Source: Catajapyx aquilonaris
Taxonomy: Eukaryota
Direction: 5' to 3'
NCBI GenBank assembly: GCA_000934665.2
Contig: JYFJ02000985.1
Span: 62,001-97,991, forward strand
DNA: 35,991 nt
Below, one piece after another: positions 1 through 11,500 of the stretch. A program made the position numbers and the translations under genes. How positions within the stretch are numbered: position 1 is the first letter of the stretch; each line of letters opens with the position of its first letter. The notes beneath the pieces were generated by a model. That model did not search any database and was not told where the DNA came from. It worked only from the letters and a program-made list of their open reading frames with translations.

Positions 1-121
1 GGCCAATAGAGGGGGTTGGGAGGGCATGGGAAATAAGGACCCCCATTTTGGCAACTGTAGGGGGTTGAATCCACAGGGTGTTTCATTATTGCACGACCAG
101 CACGCGATTATGTGGACGAAT

Positions 122-237
122 ATCTTCCTATACATAATAAAGCAGAAAGTTTGTTTGTATGTCCTGGCTACCTAACCCACTTCCGCACTACTGAGAGTGC
201 TGAACGTTATACTAATTACTTTACTAATCTCTCTATA
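122..237 (+). repeat. Direct repeat copy 1 (second copy about 781-866); resembles the 5' end of a non-autonomous Helitron
   Basis: Shared blocks AAAGT(T/G)TGT(T/C)TGTATGTCC, CCTAACCCACTT and AATTACTTTACTAAT..TCTATA. The A|TC..TATA.ATAATAAA..GAAAGT..GTTTGT start resembles arthropod Helitron 5' ends; no CTRR 3' end identified. Confidence 0.5.
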
Positions 238-245
238 TGCTTATG

Positions 246-442
246 CAGGGTGTTCCAGGTTCGTGGGTCACTTTTTGATAACTGATATCCCCCGATAGCG
301 GTTATTTTTTGTAGCTTGTTGTGCATCTAACCATATGCTCCATTCTATAGCACCTGCTATATTCGACCCATGATACAAAAAATAACTGTTATCGGGCGAT
401 ATCAAGTTATCAAAAAGTGACATACGAACTTGGAACACCTTG
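246..442. mobile_element. MITE, Tc1/mariner-like (CAGGGTG termini), degenerate long TIRs
   Basis: CAGGGTGTTCCAGGTTCGTGGGTCACTTTTTGATAACTGATATC pairs with GATATCAAGTTATCAAAAAGTGACATACGAACTTGGAACACCTTG; TA on the right flank. Confidence 0.75.
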
Positions 443-446
443 TATA

Positions 447-780
447 CAGGGTGTCTCAACTTTTTTGTCCGAACAGTTATCGGAAAATTGCACGTAGCTG
501 CTACTCTGTAAGCAGTGACTTGCAAACGGTGATTTTCCTGAGGAGCGGGCAATATTCCCTGCGAATCCTATAGGTTGAAGTGGCTTACATGCTGCCCGCT
601 GAAAATTGAGGGTCAAGCCGGGGAAAAAGAGGGTCACACATGCCATGGGATGTGTGACCTCTCTTTTGCCCCATTCCCCATTCCTCCGACAAATCACCGG
701 TTGCAAGTCACTGCTTACAAAGTAGCAGCTACGTGCAATTTTTCCATAACTGTTCGGACAAAAAAAGTTGAGACACCCTG
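447..780. mobile_element. MITE, Tc1/mariner-like, about 90-bp TIRs, TA TSD
   Basis: TA-CAGGGTGTCTCAACTTTTTTGTCCGAACAGTTAT ... ATAACTGTTCGGACAAAAAAAGTTGAGACACCCTG-TA. The mirrored peptides in ORFs 268..552(-) and 575..787(+) reflect the TIRs. Confidence 0.88.
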
Positions 781-866
781 TATATAAGAAAAAGTGTGTC
801 TGTATGTCCGGGCCACCTAACCCACTTGCTGAAACTTACCCAAATTACTTTACTAATTTTTCTATA

Positions 867-1189
867 CAGTTGAATCCCGATATAACAGTTCAAGGGACGG
901 AGGAAAAAGTATGAAGTGTTAGATCAGTGACGGATGAGAAAAGTCATCCCCTCTTGAGTAGGCTATACACACAGTGTTACGTCCTCGTGTGGGAAAGGAA
1001 GCTGAGTAATCAAAAACAGCACATTTTCCCACCTATAGGGGCCAAAAATGGTCGGTTACAGCCGAGGTGAGATGAAAATGAGTATGTTATATCAGGAGTA
1101 AAAAATACACATGCGTTTTTTATGAAAGTATGGATGGACCGGCCTTTCGAGTCCGTTATAGCCGAGGGTGTTATAGTCGGATTCAACTG
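867..1189. mobile_element. MITE, Tigger/pogo-like, TA TSD
   Basis: TA-CAGTTGAATCCCGATATAAC ... GTTATAGTCGGATTCAACTG-TA, with internal GTTATAGCCGAGG-type subrepeats. Confidence 0.82.
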
Positions 1190-2327
1190 TAATAATGCAA
1201 TGATTCTGTTCAGAGATGTTTAGATGGAAACAATGGTTTTGGTACACCCTGTTGTTACTTGTGATGAGCCGCCTTCAGAATCACTAGGTCCATTTCTGGG
1301 ATGCGCTCTATCTGGGGGGGACTAAGAAATGGAGGAATCCAAATCTTTTTTTAAAGCCCGCGACTTTTTATCCTTCCCCCCCCCTCCCACTCTTCTTCCC
1401 AATTTTTTTTTCTTCTTCTTCTTCTTCTTGTGGTTTTGTATATAGAGATGGTTGGGCCCATTGCCATCAACACCATCCTCGCACCATCATTCACCCTTCT
1501 TTCCACATCCTCAGCGGCGCCCTTTGTAAGCCAGCAGCTACAAAACGGACTGTTAGCTTTCTGGGCCCCATTGCAACACCACCTTTTTGTTCCAGATATT
1601 GCTCGGCCCGATTATAAATCACTCGGCCGCACAAAGTGACGGCCATTTAAAGTGCATTTAGACTTTTTTTTGTCGCCAAGTTGCTGATTTCTAATATAAG
1701 TTTGTGCAAATTTTCGGCTGGCATTGGCCTGCTGACAATGTCCGATCAAGTTGCTTAGTTTCCCTATTTTATTTTTCATTCGCAAATGAGGCCACTTGCA
1801 CATCGAAATCGATCCCGCCCTTCCTTTGCCCTCTCCCACATCCCTTTAAAAAAAATATTGTTAGAGTTTGGTGCCTATACTATCTCTAGGCAGTCAGTCG
1901 GCAGAAGCGGCGTCGGCATCAAGGGGGTGTCTTTGTGCCTCACATAATTTCCTCCCTGTTAATGCCATCATCTGCGGACCACCACCCTTGCGGAAACCGA
2001 CTTTGTCTGCATGAGAAGCAAGCGCGAAAATCTAATTTCGCCCTCCCAATGGAAACCAATACACAACTTAGCCCCCACCGTTTTGTTGTAAGAATGGGTT
2101 GGAAAGGGAGGGGCTGGGCTTTTTTTTTGGGGAGGGGGGGGGGACACAATGTCGTTGGTTGGGCGGGTGGTGATGAATGCTTACATCAAAAGGACTAGGG
2201 AGAAGGTCTGATTCCACATGAAGGAACGAATTAATAACTGGGGAAAGGGGATTACCAGACCTGTGTTTATACACATAGGGTTTGTGGGAGTTGGATTGTT
2301 ATTAGTATAGAGTTACACAATACTCAC

Positions 2328-2439
2328 CCTTCTTCCGGCCTCGTTGTTGTGCAGATTCATCAGGTTGCGTCCTTGCTCTCTGGAGCCTCTCTTGTAATGA
2401 CGCTCTCGCTCTCGGACATCCACGAAGCTCTGGGTGAAT
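2328..2439 (-). CDS. Wnt5: Wnt5 coding exon 4 (112 nt)
   Basis: Manual translation in a frame not listed in the ORF track gives (K)[37 protein letters not shown], containing the Wnt [11 protein letters not shown] motif. Acceptor TTCGCAG|A at 2440/2439; donor AGG|GTGAGT at 2328/2327. Confidence 0.95.
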
Positions 2440-2519
2440 CTGCGAATATTCGGCGAAAAGTTTCGGTTTATTAGGAAGAAGCCAAAGCTGTCTGGCTATA
2501 GAAGACAATGGAGAAAGAA

Positions 2520-2576
<57 letters not shown>

Positions 2577-5500
2577 AGAAGCAGTTGGCCCTGTATATAG
2601 ACGTGGCTACTGCCGGCATAGCTCTTGGGGTCACGGGAGACACGAAAGCCCCCACTTTTTGGAAGGGAATCGAGAAGCAAACGCTTTAAAAAAGAACAAA
2701 ATTGCTCACTCCGTCGAATCTTGGTTCGAATTTGAAAACGAAATTATCTTGGTTTAATTTGGACATTTCGGTTGCATTAGAGAGCTAATTGCCTGAAAAA
2801 GTTTGAATCGTAGGGCTCATCCTGCACGCTAGTTGACCCGCCAAACATTCCTGCTGCACAGGTCACCTGCCCTGCAGGATGAGCCCTATACTCGTTTTTC
2901 TTTGGCATATTATGATCGTCAGGATTCCAGGGATTCTCAGCATTCCAAAAGACTCCTTGGAATCTGTTCGTATTTCCCTTTTAGTGAAGGGGATTCCCCC
3001 TGCCTCATTTGACTCTCTCAACGCTGTCGGATTTTATCCTCCTCGCTGGATTTAAGCCTGTTGCCTAATCCCCGTTGAAATGTTTACTGGATCCACTTGA
3101 GCCCATCTTGACCGGAGCTGGCTCAATCGCCCTGTTTATGGAGGCTCTAAACGCCTGGAATGATGCGATAATTGACACTTCTTCCGGGCCTAACAGGGTA
3201 CTTGCTCTTCATCAGGAAATGCGCAATCCATTCACCCTCCTTTATAATCACCCAGCACTCTTCCTGTACATACTTGAGCCTGTCACTTCTCTTATGTAAC
3301 ACTTGGGGAGTGGCTCCGTTATTATTACACATGACTTTGTGCTGACCAAAGTCCAACCTGTTTAAAGCTTTCGTTGTTAATTTTTTTTGCCATATTTTTA
3401 TTGGAAAAATGCGACTTACTTGTATCCGTACTCGAGGTTGTCTCCGCATCCGCCCCAGATCCATTCCCTGTTGAGGTCGTTGGGTCTTCCAGCCCTGGAG
3501 CATCCACAGGAGGACAGCATCCCATCTCGACAAGACCTGGCCACGGCCTGGACCACTCCGGCCGCGGCCACCGAATGTGCGAAAGCAGCCTCGCGACTAG
3601 CTGAACCCAGCAACCAGCGTTTTTTTGAAAAGAGTAAACAAGACGACAACAACCTTAACTAACACAAACTCACACTTGTGCATAAGAAAATTAACAAAGT
3701 TGTTACCCTCTGATTAACATGGGGAAAAAAACAGTATTTCCTTCCACATTTCTCTTGGAATAATTATGTAACTATGTTTTCCAGGAGTTTGGCCTTCAGA
3801 TTATTTTTCCTGCAATCTCACATGAGTAATGTCGGAATGTTCCTTAGAAAATGGGCAACGTCGCGAATGTCGCTTTGTGTTCAAGAACCCTGCTGGCGTG
3901 AGGGCTGTTTGGACACTTTATCCCTGGAAGCCGTTGCCCAACCAGGAGCGGAGGTGGTCGCCATACATCGCATCCAACACTCGCCAGCATTTCCTGGCTA
4001 GCCCCCAACACCCCGAGAAAGAAGGTGTCGCATCCAATGGCAGCCGGCCATTCCTCATAGGCCTGGCACCACTTGCTTTGGCCTCCCCCGTTTGGTAAAC
4101 ACTCCCCCGCTCATACTACACTATCAACTATCTTCAACTCTTGGGAAGGAAACCTAAATGAAAAACAAGAAGCCATCTTCTGCATCCGTTGCAAGCTCAT
4201 CCACTCTACACTACTCCAGTGGCGCATGCGCACTCCCATGTATACACATCCGGATCTACTAGAGAGCCTCGAGGAAGAGAGTTGCCAACTTCTGACGTCA
4301 CGTTGTCTCTGATTGGCTGGAGTAATTGGAAGGTGTTATGCAATAATGGGTCAACCCACAAAAACGTCAAGATTGAGCTAGCAGTAAGCCCAGGAACATA
4401 CGCGTATTTCATTCGGTTAAAATCACGCTGGTGGAATCTGCATACTTCTGCCATAAATGACCGAAAAGAACACTGAATTAATTTCACAGGTATGACCTTC
4501 AAGGCCCTTTTTCACCAAATGTTCTCATGGGTTGACTAATTATTGCATAACATCGTCCAATTATGGACTGTTTACTTGTCCTATATGGAGGCCGCCATCT
4601 GCATGAAAAAGTTGCCGGCTCTGACGTCACGTTCGACTCCGATTGGATGGAGCCAGAATGCTTGTACTCCTCCAGCCAATCGGAGTCGAACGTGACGTCA
4701 GAGCCGGCAACTTTTTCCGTAGCAACGCAAGATGGCGGCCTCCAAGTAAACATTCCATAATTACTCCAGCCAATCACAGACGACCTGACGTCATAAATTG
4801 ACGCGAATGCGCATGCGCGAGTAGAGCGTGTCATGCGTCATGTTTTACTGCGCACCCTGGGGGGGGTCACTAAAACGTGATGCAAGGTGACATACGTAAT
4901 CGTGTGACGTACTTTTTGAGGAGGTGTCGGGCCTAATGTAACTGTGCGTGACATGGGGGACACCCAGGTGGACTAACCATGTCAGCCTGTAGGGAAGTTG
5001 TCGTCCAGGTGAAATAATCTGGTTGTAGGGCGGGCAGATTAGCCCTACAGCTCACCCTCTTTTCATCAGACAAGCCGTCATAGTGTAAGCCACCCCTTCA
5101 AAAGAAGGGGCCCGAAAAAAAATAGAAGGGTCTGCTCTATTATGTCCCGGTTTGAAATACCACGCCCGCGACGCTGTCTTTGCAAAGGACAAGGCTCGTA
5201 CGTGAGATTACATTCGATCCGCGTGCCAAGTGCGTGCGACATGTGCTCGGTATGACTCGAGCACTTGCAAGAACTTGCTTTGCTTGCATAGTTCTATGGA
5301 AGGCAGGAAGGCACAGGAGGAAATGGAATACGTGCGGGGAAAGGAGGATTTCGGCCCGAGGACCACCGGGTGTATCGAAAAACTTCAGCACTTTTGTCCT
5401 GTTGTTAGACACCCCGTATGTGAATAAACTTGTAACGCTAGTGTGTACATTATCCAGAAGATGCCAATCGGGGGTTGCGTAACGGGAGCTCTTTATCGCA

Positions 5501-8500
5501 GCCTTGCATCTTTTTTTTTTCTTCCATTTACTTGACTCCCCCCAGGTCTGGACCCCCAAACAAAGCACAAGAATTTCCATGGCAATGACATGGTCCAAAA
5601 TTTACTGAACGGAAGCTCCGCCCTCTTTTTGCCTCATTTCATCACAAACCAACCCGGTTTTTTGAGATGGGGAAAAACACTGTGAAATATATTTGCTTTG
5701 GAGATAGATTTCAATAGCTGATAGGACGCAACAGTAAATAACCGAAGGATCTTTATTTTGTTAACTTTTTTTTCCCCCTGAAGGTTTGAGGGGTTGTGTT
5801 TTTTTGGGGGGGAAGCACGTAAAGTTTGGCCCTCGTTGATGGCTTCGGGCATAAATGTATCGTAAACTCATGGATACCGAAGGGGGTGGGTGGGCCACAA
5901 TTTTGATTTAAGATTGGGTAAATGGAAATTCGATGAAGACCCCGCATTTTTGGGAGTAAATAACACAAGGCGGTGCACTACCATCAAAGTCCACAAGTTA
6001 CTCTCTTAAAAAATTCCAGTGAAAATTTCACCTCACAAAATAATTACCTTTTTGAGTGAATTTCCTTCGGCAAAGATTTTACTTTAGCTCAAATCGTGTG
6101 GAATATTACTCGAAAGAAGTGTGAAAATAAGTGAGAGGCTACTCTTTCAGTGAGTTAAGTCATTACTCGTTCTGAGTGAAAATTTTACTCCAAGAAGGAG
6201 CAATTTCGTTCGCAAAATTCTCTTTTTGGGTGAATTCCTTTTGCCAAAGATTTACTTTTACTCAAATCGAGTGGAATTACTCGACAGAATAGTCAAAAAT
6301 AAATGAGTTAAGTCATTACTAATTCTGAGTGAAAATTTCACTCCAAAAATGAGAAATTTCCCAAAATTCTCTCTTTGAGTGATTTTCCCTCGGAAAATTT
6401 AACTCAAATCGAGTTGAATATTACTTGAATGAAGAGTGACACAGGTGAGAGACTACTCTTTCAGTTATTCAAATGATTACTCATTTTGAGTGAAAATTAC
6501 ACTCAAAAATGAGCAATTTCCCATAAAATTCTCATTTTGAGTGATTTTCCCTCGGCAAAGATTGACTTTAACTCAAATCGAGTAGAATATTACTCGAAAG
6601 AAGAGTGAAAAATATGTGAGAGACTACTCTTTCCACTGACAGTGAGTGAAATTATTACTCATTATGAGTGAAATTATTGCTAAATTTTATGAATGAAATT
6701 AGTGCTCGTTCTGAGTGAAAAGCACTCAAGGGATAAAGTGATTTTCACTCAAAACGAGCGGGATTCAAGTCAAGTGGAAGAAAGAGTGAAAATAACTCAA
6801 AATGAGTGGAAAAAATACTCTAGATTTTTAAGTGATAGGACAATTGAATTTTGTTGCCAACCAAATCTAGATGAATGTGAACTATCCGATCACAATTTCA
6901 TAGGCAGTGCGTGACGTGTACAAATGCCCGGAAGTGACCATCTGCGTCATTCGCATGTCCCCTCGGATTGTAATTGGTCGTTGTCAAGAGGAGGTGCGTC
7001 CCCATTTTTCACGGTTTTTGAATCTCTTTCCTTTTCCGGTCCCATCTCATCAGGCAGAGGCAGCATCATTAGCGCCTGTGGACAATGACAGCCGAGGGTA
7101 GCTCGGACACTGATGTATGTCGACCCATCACACACACCTCCTGATGAGACATTGCCTTTTTTCTTCCAAAATCGATTGATTGCGTCACGCACTTTCGATG
7201 ACGCACCTTTGTTGTTGTCTCATTTTACGCGGCGATGACAGTGGGATTCATTTAACACTATATAGGATCCGGTCATGCGTGTACCGGAAAGAGAATCCTG
7301 GTCTCTCTGGCCATAATTCACGCAAATTAACGTATCCCTTTCGCTTATAAATTGGGTGTGAGATCCACTATGGCTGGGGGGAGGAACCGTAACTCATTGC
7401 ACATTTCGATAAGCGCAGCATCAGGTCCACGACCCGATTCCCTCGCGGAATTAACGGGGTTAAATGTCTGCTGCCGTGTACAGGGTGTTTCATATCAGTT
7501 GGGAGGAATTTTCGTTCCACTGCTACTTACTGCTAGCAGAACCAGAGTTGTCAATGGTATACTGCTAAGTTAGCAGTAACTATAGCAATTGGACGAAAAT
7601 TCGACACCTTGTTTCTATCGTCCAAAACAATATGACGTGTTCGCTCCACCCCCGCCATCTGCTAATAAATGGAGGGAAAAGAAAATGTGTGTCTCCCCTT
7701 CGAAATGGTGTCGACAATCGCACTTTGGGAATCAATTAGCGAAAGATAACGTGGAGACCGTATTTTTCATGGGGACTGAGTCTGATGCGAGGGGGGGTTG
7801 CTGGAAGAAGAGTGAGATAAATTCGGGGGCATTAAGGGAGGAAGGACTATTAGTCTGCTTACACGTCAGCCCAGCCCCCCCTTTTGCTCCGCCGTTCAAG
7901 CGACGCCTAACAGCCGGAATTACCAAGCAAACATGTCAATTAAACCTTTTTTTTTTTGGTTGCTCAACGGATAGTTAATATGTTTGCTATCTGGCCATTT
8001 TTGAGCCAAGTTCTGAGCCAGTAATATTACGAGCGCCACCGAGTGCGCACCACAGTTCGCGCAGGGTGCACGGTTGGTATTATCAATGAAAAACTGGTAT
8101 ACGCTCTCTCTCTGGTGAGCGCTGCATTACTTCCAACGCTACACTTGGAGGAGAACAGAAAAATAGAGCCGCGCGAGTATGGGTGCGTACTCGATTGCGC
8201 TCGTAAATATTTTCAAACAAAAAAATTGCTCTGAGTATGTTTTCTCATTTCTCTTACAGTGTCCTGAGAGCAACCGACTTTTGATGCAACAAAGGCTGGT
8301 AAGTACCATCCAAAATCGATTCCAAAGTTTTCATCGGGAGTTGAGATGTCTTCTTCGAGACAAACAGGAGGCTGCTTCCTCTGCACCATCTTTTTTTTTT
8401 GACCCTATAAACCAAAAGCCGCGGAAAAAGTCCCGTGCTGCCGGTCCTTTTGTGGGCTTTTTCCCTTTTGTGACCCGCGCCGAGTAATCCGGACAGAGAT

Positions 8501-11500
8501 GCGCGCCGGAGTTTGAAAGACCCCCAAACCAATTTTTTTTTTCTTTCCATCCTCTCTGTTGCAAAGGACCCTCCCGATTCGGCATAAATCTCTTCTACTT
8601 CCTCTCTCCCTCTTTTTAGAGGGCTAATGAATAGGTCTTTCAGTAACCAGCTTTGGCAGCTCTTTGAACCAGACCTTGGCGAATCACAGATCTGTCTGTT
8701 TTGCGAGGAAAATAAGACCTCTCGTTTGGAGGGATCGCGACGGGCAAAGTTGGTAAGACTCTCCATTGAATAATGAGACTTTATGTGCACAGTGGGATGG
8801 TACGGAAGTTAAGCGGATTTAAATTTTGTCCTAATTTGTGCAGCTTGGCAACTGTGGTGAGCATTACTCCAGCTCGTGAAAGAGTATGTGCCTTTGTCTC
8901 TCAAACTGGTTCATAGCAAGGAACAAGTGTTTGACGAGTCGCTTCTTCCCTTTGATCTCTCGGTTGGAGAGCTATCAGTTTCCCATCGACGCCCAGGTCG
9001 TGAATGTCGTTCAAACTCAGATTAGGTATTCCGAGCAGGGTGACAGTAACCTTTAGATCCTTACATGGCAGGCGACTCCTCACAATTTTTTTAAATAGCG
9101 GAACCCTCATCTGACACCAAGTCTTGTCGAGTGGAGGTCAGATTGCACGCCTCTTTTGTTGCTTATTACAATGGCGGAGACTGGATGGCCTTATCCCCGA
9201 AGAGCAGGACCATTCAATTAGCACTTACCAATTTGGAGTATGGGTCCGAAGACGGTGTAGTCGTCGACGGTGGAGCAGTTCCAACGACGATGTCTGAACT
9301 GCCACTGGCACTCGGCAATACCGGTACGGGCGCCTCTTCCTACGCTGCCCATGTGGTCCTGGTACAGTTGGCACAGCTTGGTCTGACCAGGGGACAGGCC
9401 AGTTATTTGGCTGCATAGCGGGGAAGCCCCGATTAGGTACATCTGAGGGTTCTTCCACACCTCAGCCCCCTGCATGCCCAAATTCCTGCCAATTAAATAA
9501 GAAAATTAACAATTATAATTGGTTGCATTTGTATACGTACATAGAAAAAACCTTTAGTTCAAATCCGATCATGCGGTTGTTTACTTTCGGATAATCGGAC
9601 GTGGCGATCGGAAAAGGAACACTGTCAGTCCTTGGAACAACCTGCCAGCAGGTTTCATTCCATTGGTACAGCCTAATGAATAAGTAATTAGCGGCGGGTT
9701 CAAGCAAGGACTTATTGCTGACACTAAACTATTCAAGGCTTGCATTGGTGACCAAGACGAAAGGCCCTTTTGAAGACAGCTCGGTCCAGAACCAATCAGG
9801 TATGGCAGATGGCGTCCTCATTACACGATTGTTATTGGACACGTGGACCACACCGTGTACAGGGCGTGTCGCAAAACTCTGGGCTTCTTTTAAGAGACAA
9901 TAATTTATAACAAAGTCATCTCTGCTTGTCAGCTGCCATTCCTTGTCTCTAAAGCTTACACGACTGTCACTAATCAATTCAGGGAATTTTTAGAAGTGTG
10001 CCTATTTTTCCCCCCACAAATTTATCTAAGTGAGAGCTGTATTATTTCTGTTAAAAACTGTCTCGATCATTGAGGGGATAGTTGAACAATGTTTCACTTA
10101 ATTCGTACAAAAGTGTACAATCGTCACATGATGTCAATTGAATGTCAATGAGATTAATAATTCCTTCAAATGAATGAGCCGATGATAATATATTTTTCGG
10201 CAGTGACGTCACATTTTATTTATGCGACGTCATTGTCAACCCTACAGCAGTGTTGACCTCTTCGGAATAAATAAATTAGCGACAGTCGTTTTTTCTCCCC
10301 TGCTGCTTTTATCGCGACAGTTTAATCCCGTTTAATAGGATATTAATGGCCGGCCAATTGAAACGTTATGTTCGTGGTCAAGTGGCACAGGAGTCGTGAT
10401 GCTCGGGTGTTGTGATGGCCACCCAGGAAAAACAGGCTGCATGAGACCCACCGACCACATGCAGGGACACTCGTAATTCTCAGTAGTAGAGAGACACACG
10501 CACGCTGCGGGAGAGGCTCCCCCAAAAAAGAAGATACAAACAAACGAAAAAAAGGGGCCGCTAAAGCAAGTGGGAATCTGGCCTTAAATCTCATGCCCGG
10601 GATTATGGCGGACAGGAACTCCAAAGCTGCTGGATTAAGGGTAGCTTCTATCTGCCAAGCTCGGGTACAGCTCGGCACATGTCGTTCGGACCCAGAAAAA
10701 AAGAGAGACAACATGGTCTACTTTTCATTCCTAAGGGACAGAACCGGTAGCAAACAGTCCAGAGTAAAAACAACACCTTCTCCTGTATACGGATAACGTG
10801 GATGCCAGATAATTAATTTGTATATTTCTTACACGAACTTCTGATTCTAACTTATGCTCGGATACCTCGTTTAAAAAAAAATCCAGTTTGATTCGTGTAC
10901 TGTTACGGACACGTAAATCCGGATTTATGGTGCTACAGGATATGCAAAACTAAAATATATTTCGGACGACTATCAGCACTATACTCGTAGATCATGAACA
11001 TACCTACACCATTTTTTTAAAAAACTACCTTAAAGTGCAATAAATCCTGCTTTTATTATTTTTTCATATTTAATTTTCAATCTCTGAAAATTTGATTTGT
11101 CATTCTTAATTCAATTTTTAAATACGTTTGTTCTGTACAGAACTGGCTGAATTGTCACTGAGCAAAAATTCAGAGTAACTTTCCAAAATCAGTCCGAAAC
11201 CCTGATTGTTCATTGTAAATCATGTAATGTTGATTAGGGAATATTTTTTTTCTCGCTTTTGCTCACGAAGGTACCGAAGAAGAAAAATGCGGGCAGTAAG
11301 GCGGGGCCACCCATTACCAGCTTTTCGGCCGTGGGAATATAACCCTGCTTGGTCTGACAGCATGGGTAATACACCTGCTTGCAAGTAGCCTGCCCCACCA
11401 TTTGATTTATCGAGGCTGGAAGAAATGTGGACATACGTGCTGAGAATATTCATCCGGACGGTGACATGTGATTGTCGTGCGCTCTTGACGGTTTGGACAA

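Larger units (their letters stand above)
4202..4828. mobile_element. Palindromic host element split at its AATT centre by two insertions
   Basis: Left arm ...GCGCATGCGCA...TGACGTCACGTTGTCTCTGATTGGCTGGAGT-AATT; right arm AATT-ACTCCAGCCAATCACAGACGACCTGACGTCA...TGCGCATGCGC..GTAGAG. The arms are reverse complements that rejoin once the inserts are removed. Confidence 0.75.

Noticed and set aside
1780..1803. MCKWPH as the Wnt CKCHG exon; also HTCHGMC at about 635-655
   Set aside because: Neither continues as CKCHGVSGSC, and the second is on the wrong strand inside a MITE. The remaining exons lie outside the window.
8254..9110. 178-aa and 69-aa minus-strand ORFs in a Wnt5 intron
   Set aside because: No recognisable motif; exon 2 joins exon 3 in frame without them. 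A decayed transposon origin cannot be excluded without a blastx search.
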